Positions 9,986 through 18,311 of a stretch of DNA of 44,410 nt are shown here, piece by piece. Numbering within the stretch: the stretch's first letter is position 1; every line of letters starts with the position of its first letter. Made by a program: the position numbers and the translations under genes. The notes beneath the pieces are model-generated. The model was not told the origin of the DNA. It saw nothing but the letters and a program-made list of their open reading frames with translations, and did not search any database. Origin of the DNA: a virus (lineage: Duplodnaviria; Caudoviricetes); the IMG/VR virus record IMGVR_UViG_3300042923_000933, positions 1 to 44,410 of that record; one strand, 5' to 3'.

Positions 9986-11081
9986 AATTACACAATCTAT
10001 ATTAAATTTAGCAATAGGAAGCAAAATAAAATTTGGACAATATCAAGTCGAAACAGAGTCTAAGCAACCTATTATATGGCAAATAGCAGACAAAAACCAT
10101 ACAGGATATCCTGATGGGGCAGTTACATTAATAACGGAAAAAATAATAGATTTGCGTGGTTTTGATGGAAAAGAATCTGGAAATGCAGATAGTAACAGGG
10201 CGAGTAATGGAAATAATAGGTATAGAACGTCTAATCTAAGACAATGGCTTAATTCTGGAGGATTGGCAAGTTCGTGGTTTATGACACAAAATTTAACAGA
10301 CGGAGTTGCAAATGCAAACAACCATGATGCTTCTCCAACAGACGGAAACATGAGTACACTGACAGGATATGACGATAAAGATGGATTTCTAAATTGTTTT
10401 AATACACAAGAGTTAGCACACATACTAGATACAAGTTTGACAGTCGCAAAAAATACGGTTACAGATGGTGGTTCAAGTGAATCCATAACAGACAAAATAT
10501 TTCTACCATCTACAACGGAAGTTGGATTAGCAAATGAAAATAGTATAGCTGAAGGCAGTAAACTAACATTATTTTCAGACAATGCCAGCAGGCTTACTTA
10601 TTTAACCCAGCAAGCTTTTTCTAATACTAGAAGTAGTGGCAAACCTTCATCCGTAGCAAATCCGTGGAATTGGTGGCTTAGAACTCCGGACTCCTCCAAC
10701 TCGGGCTATGTCCGCAGTGCGGACACCGACGGTTCTCTGAGCTACCGCAGTGCCTACTATGGTAACTTGGGAGTTCGCCCCGCTTGCAATCTGTCATCTG
10801 ATATTTTGGTATCTGACATAGTGGATGTAGATGGATGTTACACAATAGTTCTTACAAAGAAGTATATTATAACATTGGATAAACCAATAACTGTAAGCAC
10901 GAACGATGCTTTAATGAAATATAAATTTAATCCCAAGATAAATGGGAACGACATGAATCTTACAGAAGTAGACAATGAAAAATTAATTTACAAAGCAGAA
11001 AATGTAGAAGACAACAAAGTTGATTTAGAAATAGATGGTAAAGATGCCAAGATAGATAAAATTGCTTATGTGGTAAGTTAG
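9978..11081 (+). CDS. DGR target protein (C-type-lectin-fold, DUF6273-like) with about 99-aa C-terminal extension
   Basis: SNLRQWLN, DKIFLPS..EVG, WWLRTP..GVRPA motifs. Contains the VR; overlaps the RT stop. Confidence 0.9.
   Translation: MIKITQSILNLAIGSKIKFGQYQVETESKQPIIWQIADKNHTGYPDGAVTLITEKIIDLRGFDGKESGNADSNRASNGNNRYRTSNLRQWLNSGGLASSWFMTQNLTDGVANANNHDASPTDGNMSTLTGYDDKDGFLNCFNTQELAHILDTSLTVAKNTVTDGGSSESITDKIFLPSTTEVGLANENSIAEGSKLTLFSDNASRLTYLTQQAFSNTRSSGKPSSVANPWNWWLRTPDSSNSGYVRSADTDGSLSYRSAYYGNLGVRPACNLSSDILVSDIVDVDGCYTIVLTKKYIITLDKPITVSTNDALMKYKFNPKINGNDMNLTEVDNEKLIYKAENVEDNKVDLEIDGKDAKIDKIAYVVS
10685..10782 (+). repeat. DGR variable repeat (VR)
   Basis: In-frame copy of TR with A-to-N substitutions, encoding PDSSNSGYVRSADTDGSLSYRSAYYGNLGVRP. 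Confidence 0.97.
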
Positions 11082-11092
11082 GAGATGATTTT

Positions 11093-11278
11093 ATGGGAAA
11101 GTATGTAAATATAAACATAGTAAATGAACAACTAGGTAAACAAAATACAGCAAAAGCTATAGCAGATTTAAACGTAGCAAACGCAAAAAAGGATGCATTA
11201 ATACAGCAATTAGCAGGAACAGTGTCTAACTTAAATATAAAAATAGCACAATTACAAGGAGGAAGTACAAATGTTTGA
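11093..11278 (+). CDS. Small coiled-coil tail-fibre-associated protein
   Basis: 61 aa with GGAG RBS, between the DGR target and the XkdX-like gene. Confidence 0.65.
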   Translation: MGKYVNINIVNEQLGKQNTAKAIADLNVANAKKDALIQQLAGTVSNLNIKIAQLQGGSTNV

Positions 11279-11405
11279 TTTTTATAGAATTTTTTATCAG
11301 ATGGGGTATTTAGAAAAGCAAGACGTACATGATGCAGCCCAATGGGGAGTTATAACGTTGCAGGATTACAAAACTATAACAAATGAAGAATATGCTACGC
11401 AATAG
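11271..11405 (+). CDS. xkdX: XkdX family protein (44 aa, not in ORF track)
   Basis: MFDFYRIFYQMGYLEKQDVHDAAQWGVITLQDYKTITNEEYATQ; G.IT...Y..IT.E.Y motif; AGGAGG RBS. Confidence 0.8.
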   Translation: MFDFYRIFYQMGYLEKQDVHDAAQWGVITLQDYKTITNEEYATQ

Positions 11406-11421
11406 AATATTAACGCGAAGT

Positions 11422-11444
11422 AAGGACTAGAGATAGTCTTTTTA
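11422..11444 (+). terminator. Intrinsic terminator
   Basis: GACTA-GAGA-TAGTC followed by a T-run. Confidence 0.65.
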
Positions 11445-11470
11445 TTTTGTCTTAAAACAGGAGGCTAGAC

Positions 11471-11857
11471 ATGAACAAACATGCGTTCAACATTATAGTA
11501 GCAGGGTTAGGAGGTGTGTGTACGTATATTTTTGGTGGGTGGGACACTTCTATAACAGTTTTATTCTATTTTATGGTAATTGATTATATTACAGGGCTTA
11601 TGAGTGCAGCAGTACAAAACAGATTAAACTCCAAGGCGGGATATAAGGGTATTGCCAAGAAAGCATCTATTCTAGTAGTACTTATAGTAGCAGTGCTTTT
11701 GGACAGACTTCTAAGTAATGGATTATGGGTTTTCCGTACTCTTGTTTGTTATTTTTACATAGCAAATGAGGGTATTTCTATTTTAGAAAACTGTGGTAAA
11801 TGTGGACTTCCACTGCCAGAAAAATTATTAAAAGCATTAGAGCAATTAAAAAAATAA
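11471..11857 (+). CDS. Holin (phage holin 4 / toxin secretion-phage lysis family)
   Basis: GGWD, DYITG, GIAKK, YIANEGISILEN..GLPLP motifs; hydrophobic helices. Confidence 0.92.
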   Translation: MNKHAFNIIVAGLGGVCTYIFGGWDTSITVLFYFMVIDYITGLMSAAVQNRLNSKAGYKGIAKKASILVVLIVAVLLDRLLSNGLWVFRTLVCYFYIANEGISILENCGKCGLPLPEKLLKALEQLKK

Positions 11858-11873
11858 GAAGGGAAATGATTAA

Positions 11874-12548
11874 ATGAATATTATTAAAAGCAATATCAAT
11901 TTTGTAACATCCAAATTAGCATATGGAAATAAGCCAGATACTATAGTCCTGCATCATGCAGAGGCTTCACACTGTAGCGTATATGACGTAGACCAGTGGC
12001 ATAAGGCTAATGGCTGGGCCGGTATTGGATATCATTACTTTGTTACCAAGACAGGACAAGTTTACACTGGCAGACCTGAAAATGCAATTGGAGCACATTG
12101 CCCAGGACAAAATGACCACAGCATAGGAATATGTGCTGAAGGTGCATATATGACAGAAACTATGCCAGAAGTACAAAAACAAGCCATTGTGGATTTATGT
12201 AAGTACATCAAAGGTAAATATAAAATAACTAAAATAGGTGGCCATAAGGAATTTTACAGCACTGATTGTCCAGGTACTAAATATCCATTACAGGAGATTA
12301 AAAATCTAGTTACAGCAGTAGCAGCTCCAAAGGTTACAAATGTAGCAGTACCAAAATATGATACCTCTATACCACCTGAAAGTGACTTAATAAAACATTT
12401 TTTAGGTACTTTTTATGTAGAAAAAGGAACAGATGGTGAATTAAGAATACATTTAGATAGAGCTAACTATTTGCATTTAAGAAAAGGTCAGCCACCAAAA
12501 GTATACTGGAACGATAACAAAGGTAATGGCGGATCTAAACAATTGTAA
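11874..12548 (+). CDS. Endolysin, N-acetylmuramoyl-L-alanine amidase (Amidase_2)
   Basis: IVLHH, GWAGIGYHY, GRP..IGAHC, SIGIC.EG, GH....TDCPG. Confidence 0.93.
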   Translation: MNIIKSNINFVTSKLAYGNKPDTIVLHHAEASHCSVYDVDQWHKANGWAGIGYHYFVTKTGQVYTGRPENAIGAHCPGQNDHSIGICAEGAYMTETMPEVQKQAIVDLCKYIKGKYKITKIGGHKEFYSTDCPGTKYPLQEIKNLVTAVAAPKVTNVAVPKYDTSIPPESDLIKHFLGTFYVEKGTDGELRIHLDRANYLHLRKGQPPKVYWNDNKGNGGSKQL

Positions 12549-12611
12549 TTCAAAGGTACTTCTTAATTGAGGTACCTTTTTAATATTAAAAATTTTATGG
12601 AGGATGATAAT

Positions 12612-13040
12612 ATGAACGCAACATTAGTAAATAATATAATAATACCAATAGTAGGTGCAGGAGTTGGAACTATACTAGAAATAGCAAGGAGACAGATAAA
12701 GGCTTTTTTAGATTCCAAGCAGGAGCTTATACAGAAACAGAAAGAATCTGTTAAGCAATCTATGGGAGTAGAACTCTATAATAAAGACAAGCAGTTTGTC
12801 CAGGACATGGTCAAGACAGTTGAACAGATAGGCAAAGAAATGAATTGGGATGGTGCTATAAAACATTCTAAGGTATTAAAGTTTGTAGAAGGGAAAACAG
12901 GGCTTTCAGATACAGAGATTTATAACATTATAAAAGGAGCCGTACTGGAAGTTAATAAATACAAGAGCAATACTCCTGTGACAACTACTGTAGATACTAC
13001 CTTAGATGGTAAACAAATAGCTGAAACTGTACAGAAATAA
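12612..13040 (+). CDS. Putative second holin-like (LL-H-like) membrane protein
   Basis: N-terminal TM helix, V..VEQ..G..K..I...V pattern, follows the endolysin. ATG 12612 chosen by RBS. Confidence 0.55.
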   Translation: MNATLVNNIIIPIVGAGVGTILEIARRQIKAFLDSKQELIQKQKESVKQSMGVELYNKDKQFVQDMVKTVEQIGKEMNWDGAIKHSKVLKFVEGKTGLSDTEIYNIIKGAVLEVNKYKSNTPVTTTVDTTLDGKQIAETVQK

Positions 13041-13223
13041 TTATTGCCCTGGGAGACCAGGCACTATTTTAGAAATTCTATTGTGAATAATTAAAGACTT
13101 AGCACGAAATTAGTCATGCTAGGCCTTTAACCAAGTTTGTTAATACATAAATAAGGAAAAATTATTTATATATGCTTTAATATATGTATTAATATTATGT
13201 CTAAAAATAAAAATTATATTCAT

Positions 13224-14660
13224 TTATCTCCGTTGCTTTCCTTGCCTTTTAAAATCTGACTTTTTGAATTTCCCAGGATAAGTAGTACTTATTGCTTCAA
13301 ACGGACTGTTATGAAATAAAGTGCTAAGCATACCAGATAAAGTATTTTTTCTAAAAACACCAACAGTTAGATTTTTAATTATATCCTCTTTACTCCATTG
13401 CAACCGTTCTTCTATAAGCCATTTAACTGCTTGTTTTCCTGTTCTTTTATTCCAATAATTAGGTGGAACTTTATTAAATTCCCATGGCTTAAATTTGCCA
13501 GGATATATAGCATTTATTAAATCATACTGTCCTATTTTTAAGTTTTTTAGGGAATTAAATTGTATACCATATTTTTTTAATAAAACATATATAGAATTTG
13601 CCTTTATATCCTCTTCTGTCCATTTTTCTTTTTCTAATAAATATCTAAGAACTTTTATGTATTTTTGCTTAGTCCAATATGATTTCCCAGCTCTATTAAG
13701 ATCCAATCTTTTAATTCTATTCGGATATGCAAAATTGAAAACTTCAAAAGGGCTGTTATTAAATATCCATAACATGGAACTTAATTTGTATTTACGGAAA
13801 ATTTCAGCACATAAATCAGTCTTTATAAACTCTGTATTATTAATATCCCAACCTAGGAAGTATTCAAAAAAATATATTAGGAGTCCTTTAAGTTGGGATT
13901 TATTAATATCTTGCCAAAAACAATTTGGAAACCTCTTTCTTTTCTTGTTAAACACCTGTTTCCATACTTTAATTTGTTCATCTGCAATTTTTATATAGAA
14001 TTTCTTATTCTCTTCTAAAAATGGATTAAAAAGTTTCTCCTCTGCTGTTTTCCTGGCTTTTACTGCATCTTCTTTTTTTGCATATCTTCCAAGGAAAAAG
14101 TATTTTTTCTTAAATATTATAGAAGCAAGCCATTTGTTTTTGCTTTTATCCCAAGTAACGCCAGTATTGCCACTAGTGTTGCTTGCTATAACTCCTTTTC
14201 TACTAATAGCAGGAATATTAGTGTTTTCTACTATATTTTCTTTTAAATGTACTTTTAGAGCCTTTTTAATGTTTCTTTTAGAAGTTGGAGATGTTAAACA
14301 GCCGCAACTTTTTATTTTACCAGATATTAAATCCCCGACAGATACATAAGTAATATTTTTACATTCACACTGACATTTCCATATTACAGATCCATTTTTG
14401 GATTTTCTGTTTGTAGGTTCTATTGCTGTTAGCTTATTAAATTTTTTGTTGGTTATATCTTTAGCTTTAAATCTATTTTCTTTATCTAAGCACCCACAAC
14501 TTTTAGTATTGCCAGATGTTAAACAATCGGCACGTACCCATAATTCGTTACCGCATTTACACTTACAATAATAGTACGTACGATTATTTTCTCTTTTCCT
14601 TTTTATAGCAGTTAATCTGCCAAAGTTTTTTCCAATTAAATCTTTAAATCTTTTAACCAT
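13224..14660 (-). CDS. Multi-domain DNA-binding protein: two Cys-rich FGRLT..SCGC repeats, AP2 domain and DUF4046-like repeats
   Basis: FGRLT..CKCKCG..SCGC twice; NTSGNTGV.WDK..KW.ASI..LGRY..A..AR..AE (AP2); repeated NSPF..I...YP.KFK.W. Confidence 0.7.
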   Translation of the reverse strand: MVKRFKDLIGKNFGRLTAIKRKRENNRTYYYCKCKCGNELWVRADCLTSGNTKSCGCLDKENRFKAKDITNKKFNKLTAIEPTNRKSKNGSVIWKCQCECKNITYVSVGDLISGKIKSCGCLTSPTSKRNIKKALKVHLKENIVENTNIPAISRKGVIASNTSGNTGVTWDKSKNKWLASIIFKKKYFFLGRYAKKEDAVKARKTAEEKLFNPFLEENKKFYIKIADEQIKVWKQVFNKKRKRFPNCFWQDINKSQLKGLLIYFFEYFLGWDINNTEFIKTDLCAEIFRKYKLSSMLWIFNNSPFEVFNFAYPNRIKRLDLNRAGKSYWTKQKYIKVLRYLLEKEKWTEEDIKANSIYVLLKKYGIQFNSLKNLKIGQYDLINAIYPGKFKPWEFNKVPPNYWNKRTGKQAVKWLIEERLQWSKEDIIKNLTVGVFRKNTLSGMLSTLFHNSPFEAISTTYPGKFKKSDFKRQGKQRR

Positions 14661-14662
14661 AA

Positions 14663-14908
14663 TTATTCCTCTTTAAGTTTTTCTAATATAATACCACGCA
14701 TCTTAGGAGGTATTGGCAGCTCTATAAGCTTTTCTTTTGTAATAATACCCTCTTTAAGCAAATCCATAATAACAGTTATTGGATTATTTACTTTTCCATT
14801 TACGACAGCTTGCAGGGTTTCCTTTACAGTTATTTTCATTACTCCTTTAGGAGAAAGAAGAATAGGCATTCTAGGGCCTAACCTTCTAAAATCATCTCCT
14901 TCTACCAT
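14663..14908 (-). CDS. Hypothetical protein, probably a 3' fragment cut by the IS
   Basis: ATG lies 2 nt from the IS right end, with no RBS of its own. Confidence 0.45.
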   Translation of the reverse strand: MVEGDDFRRLGPRMPILLSPKGVMKITVKETLQAVVNGKVNNPITVIMDLLKEGIITKEKLIELPIPPKMRGIILEKLKEE

Positions 14909-15023
14909 TGTGAACTACCACCACTTATAGAAGTGGATGGCTTCTTGGTCAATATCTCTAATGAGACAAGTTTACCCAAGCTATCAAGGTTATTCCAACC
15001 TCTCTAGTCAATATATCTTATAT

Positions 15024-16109
15024 TTACATTGCTAGTTTTAATAGATTCTTACTCGCATTTATATCTCTATCCATTATCATTCCACATACTGGACATATAT
15101 AAGTCCTACATCCTAAATCTTTTGTTTGACTTGATTTATTTCCACAATTAGAGCATAATTGGCTACTTGCATAATTAGTAGGAGCAACGATTATTTCTCT
15201 ACCATACCATTTAGCCTTATATTCTAACATTCTTCTAAATTTAGCCCAGCTTACTTCGCTTATTGCTTTTGCTAATTTGTGATTTTGTTTCATATTCTTT
15301 ACTTGTAAATCCTCAATTACTATTGTTTGGTTTTCACGTATTAATTGAGTACTTACTTTATGAAGAAAATCATTTCTTTGATTAGCTATTTTTTCATGTA
15401 TTTTAGCTACTTTTAATCTAGCTTTCCTTCTATTATTACTACCTTTTTTCTTTCTGGATAAACTTCGTTGTGATTTTATTAATTTCTTTTCTGATTTTCT
15501 AAGCCATTTTGGATTATTATAAAATGTTCCATCGCTTGTTATTGCAAATTCCTTTAATCCTAAATCTATTCCTATTTTATTATTTATTTTAGACAATTGA
15601 ATATTTTCAGTATCAACTAAAATAGATATATAATATTTACCACTGGGTACTTGAGATATTGTACAAGACTTAATTAATCCAGTAAATTGTCTGTGTTGTT
15701 TTATCTTAATCATAGATTTCAATTTAGGTAATTTAATATGTTTACTTTCTATAAATATAGTACCTTTTTGATTATTAGTAGTATAGCTATTATAATTAAT
15801 TTTCTTACTTTTAAATTTAGGAAAACCAGTATGCTCTCTGAAGAATTTCTTATAAGCTTTATCTAAATTCAATTGAGCATTAGCAAGTGCCAAACTATCA
15901 ATCTCTTTAAGCCAAATATATTCTTTTTTATATTGAGCAGGCGTAGGATATTTTATTTGTTTAATATCTAAATCTCTGTTTTCATTATAAGATTTAATTC
16001 TATCAGCCAACATTTGATTATAGATAAATCTAGTACAACCAAAAGTTTTAGCTAAATATAATTGTTGTTTTTTATTAGGATATAATCTATATTTATAAGC
16101 TTTTAACAT
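15024..16109 (-). CDS. tnpB: TnpB RNA-guided endonuclease
   Basis: KAYKYRLYP HTH; RuvC GIDLG, IVIEDL, DRDINA; zinc finger CSNCG..CPVCG. Confidence 0.95.
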   Translation of the reverse strand: MLKAYKYRLYPNKKQQLYLAKTFGCTRFIYNQMLADRIKSYNENRDLDIKQIKYPTPAQYKKEYIWLKEIDSLALANAQLNLDKAYKKFFREHTGFPKFKSKKINYNSYTTNNQKGTIFIESKHIKLPKLKSMIKIKQHRQFTGLIKSCTISQVPSGKYYISILVDTENIQLSKINNKIGIDLGLKEFAITSDGTFYNNPKWLRKSEKKLIKSQRSLSRKKKGSNNRRKARLKVAKIHEKIANQRNDFLHKVSTQLIRENQTIVIEDLQVKNMKQNHKLAKAISEVSWAKFRRMLEYKAKWYGREIIVAPTNYASSQLCSNCGNKSSQTKDLGCRTYICPVCGMIMDRDINASKNLLKLAM

Positions 16110-16120
16110 ATTATTTCACC

Positions 16121-16519
16121 TCATTTCTTTCCTTGATTTTCGATATATTTTTTTATAACTTCTATTGGTGCTCCACCTGTAGTTAATAAACAATAACTTC
16201 TTGACCAAAAATATTCTTTCCATAATTGTTTTTGGATTATTGGATATTCTTTTTTTATAAGTCTGCTACTGGCACTTTTGTAAGCATTAATGAATTTTGA
16301 TATTTCTGTATTTGGTTGTGCTTTAAATAAAATATGAATATGGTCTTTATCATGATTCCATTCTTGTAATGTTATATTATAATTAAGCTGAATATACTCA
16401 AATATTTCCTTTAATCTAATAGAAACATCTTCATTTATTACTTTCCTACGATATTTTATGATTAACACAAGATGATAATATAATAAGAATACTGAATGAT
16501 TATTGCTATCTAAATCCAT
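16121..16519 (-). CDS. tnpA: TnpA Y1 (HUH) transposase
   Basis: YHLV...KYRR, DHIHIL (HUH), FWSRSY, KKYIENQ. Confidence 0.95.
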   Translation of the reverse strand: MDLDSNNHSVFLLYYHLVLIIKYRRKVINEDVSIRLKEIFEYIQLNYNITLQEWNHDKDHIHILFKAQPNTEISKFINAYKSASSRLIKKEYPIIQKQLWKEYFWSRSYCLLTTGGAPIEVIKKYIENQGKK

Positions 16520-16636
16520 TGATATTACTCACTTCCTATCTATACTACTGATTATATATTATATAGAATAAAAAGTCAACTACAATTTGCCATTCATCTC
16601 CAACCTAAGAGGATTGGAGACTTCTGGCTTGGGAGG

Positions 16637-16791
16637 TTAAATTCTTTGTGCTCTTTACAAAACTCAGAGAATTGTTTCCACACTGTATCGTTTAATCTAA
16701 CTGTTAGCCTAAAATCAACATTTGCAGAATCAGGTAAATTTATTTTTATGCCCTCGTTAACTTCTATGACATTTGCCTTACCTTTGTCACT
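16637..16791 (-). pseudogene. Decayed ribbon-helix-helix-like gene fragment abutting the IS left end
   Basis: Open frame SDKGKANVIEVNEGIKINLPDSANVDFRLTVRLNDTVWKQFSEFCKEHKEF, preceded by in-frame stops and no usable start. Confidence 0.45.
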
Positions 16792-16912
16792 CTATACTCA
16801 AATCATCAAATTCCATTCTGTTCACTTACATTCCCCCTTTATGACGATTGTAATGCAACTGTCATAATAAATTAATTCTATAAATTTTTCTAAAATCCTT
16901 TATATAAACATA

Positions 16913-16976
16913 TTGACTATTATCATACATTGTATTACAATGGTAATATATTCAAAGCATACAATGTAATACAATT
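16913..16976 (+). promoter_or_regulatory. Sigma-A promoter of the par operon overlapping candidate parC repeats
   Basis: TTGACT(16913)-17-TACAAT(16936). Palindrome CATTGTA-T-TACAATG 16928-16942; more TACAAT copies at 16960-16975. Confidence 0.65.
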
Positions 16977-17004
16977 ATTTTTTATATAAATAGGGAGGTT
17001 TAAA

Positions 17005-17904
17005 ATGAATATTTTAGGAGTTGACTTAGGCAATTATGCTACAAAAACAAGTGAAGGTGTAATACTATCCAGTAGAATAGCAGCAGGCCATAAAGAATTA
17101 AATAAGAAGGATATAAAGGTTGAATATAAGGATAAAAAATACACTGTTGGAGCAGGAAGATTAGAATTAGGTACACATAGATTAAACTCTAAACTATATG
17201 ATTTGTGTTTACTTACAGCTATATCAAAAAGCTATCCTGAATTACAAAATATAGAAGTAAATATAGTAGTAGGTCTTCCTCCACTACAGTATGAATCTAG
17301 TTTAAAAGTAGAACTTGAAGATAGATTAAATAAATTAGATACACAGAAAATAATAATAGACGGGAAACTAATAAGTATAACAATAAATAAGGCTCTTGTA
17401 TTTAGTGAATCTGCTATAGTTTTTGGAAATCCAGAACAATACAGAGATACTAAAACATTAGTAATTGATATAGGAGGAGGTTCTACCGACATGTCTCAAT
17501 TTAAAAGCTTAGAGCTTGTAAAAAATACTACAACTAAATTTGGTATGTTAAGTTTAAGTGAAAGTATGAAACAAGTATTTAATAGTAAAGAAAATACTTC
17601 TTATAATGCAGATGATATGGAAGATTTAATAAATAAAGAAACAGAAACTATTCGTGGAGAAAAAAAGGACATCACATATCTAAATGATGTAGTCACAGAT
17701 CATGTAGCAGAAATTTGTAATGTAATAAATCAAAACTTCGATACAGAAAGTACAGATATAATTCTAATTGGTGGAGGTGCTAAAAAGCTTGTAAAATATT
17801 TCAATAAGCAATATGGAAATGCTAAGGTAGCAGATAATAATCAACTCGTAAATGCAAAAACTTACGCTGCTGTTGGGGAGATGCTATGGAATGACAAAGA
17901 ATAG
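17005..17904 (+). CDS. parM: ParM/StbA actin-like partition ATPase
   Basis: GVDLGNYATK, VVGLP, SES, VIDIGGGSTD, LIGGGA actin-fold motifs. Confidence 0.9.
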   Translation: MNILGVDLGNYATKTSEGVILSSRIAAGHKELNKKDIKVEYKDKKYTVGAGRLELGTHRLNSKLYDLCLLTAISKSYPELQNIEVNIVVGLPPLQYESSLKVELEDRLNKLDTQKIIIDGKLISITINKALVFSESAIVFGNPEQYRDTKTLVIDIGGGSTDMSQFKSLELVKNTTTKFGMLSLSESMKQVFNSKENTSYNADDMEDLINKETETIRGEKKDITYLNDVVTDHVAEICNVINQNFDTESTDIILIGGGAKKLVKYFNKQYGNAKVADNNQLVNAKTYAAVGEMLWNDKE

Positions 17905-18193
17905 AAAGGAAATAATAAGAAAAACAATTCCTTTTGGGCCTGCAGAGCAGGAACTTTATAAATATGCTATAGAGCAATGCAATTTACAAGGTATAAAATT
18001 TGCAACTTATGTTAAGAAATTAATAAGAGATGCTAAAAACAATACATCATTAGATTCTGTACTAGAAAAAAAATTAGATAAATATTTTAAAAATAAAAAT
18101 GTGAGTATCAACAAAAATGATACTGGAGCTAATACTAACACTAAATACAAAAAAGAAGATAAATCTGCATTACTTAATTTTTTAAAAAAATAA
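17891..18193 (+). CDS. ParR-like adaptor (RHH-like DNA-binding protein)
   Basis: Small basic ORF overlapping the parM end; FATYVKKLIRD helix; low-complexity C-tail. Confidence 0.7.
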   Translation: MTKNRKEIIRKTIPFGPAEQELYKYAIEQCNLQGIKFATYVKKLIRDAKNNTSLDSVLEKKLDKYFKNKNVSINKNDTGANTNTKYKKEDKSALLNFLKK

Positions 18194-18233
18194 AAAAGCA
18201 GTTATTGTATTTTTTACAATAACTGCTTTTTTT
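18192..18233. terminator. Bidirectional intrinsic terminator
   Basis: Perfect stem AAAAAAGCAGTTATTGTA / TACAATAACTGCTTTTTT. Confidence 0.85.
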
Positions 18234-18239
18234 ATTGTA

Positions 18240-18266
18240 ACAAATTTCCTACATCTACATATTATA
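18240..18266 (+). promoter_or_regulatory. Sigma-K/sigma-E-like sporulation promoter
   Basis: AC-N16-CATATTATA fits the sigma-K consensus AC-N16-CATANNNTA. Confidence 0.45.
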
Positions 18267-18311
18267 TAGCATAGGTACAACCTAGAGGTATAAAAGGTAT
18301 ATTAAGGAGGT

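Larger units (their letters stand above)
14910..16636 (-). mobile_element. IS200/IS605-family insertion sequence (tnpA + tnpB)
   Basis: Subterminal hairpins at 16597-16620 (left end) and 14921-14936 (right end). Right end TTCAC on the minus strand; TTTAA directly outside the left end; no target duplication. Confidence 0.9.

Noticed and set aside
11080-11093. 14-nt match (AGGAGATGATTTTA) to the IS605 right flank as a TnpB self-target
   Set aside because: Lacks the TAM and the seed portion of the guide; explained by RBS-like sequence.
13140-13210. Possible dif/Xer or attP site after the lysis genes
   Set aside because: Only a loose TTATGT match in very AT-rich DNA, and no recombinase gene in the window.
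14910-16636. IStron (group I intron-IS hybrid)
   Set aside because: Only about 115 nt separate the left end from tnpA, with no group I core motifs there.
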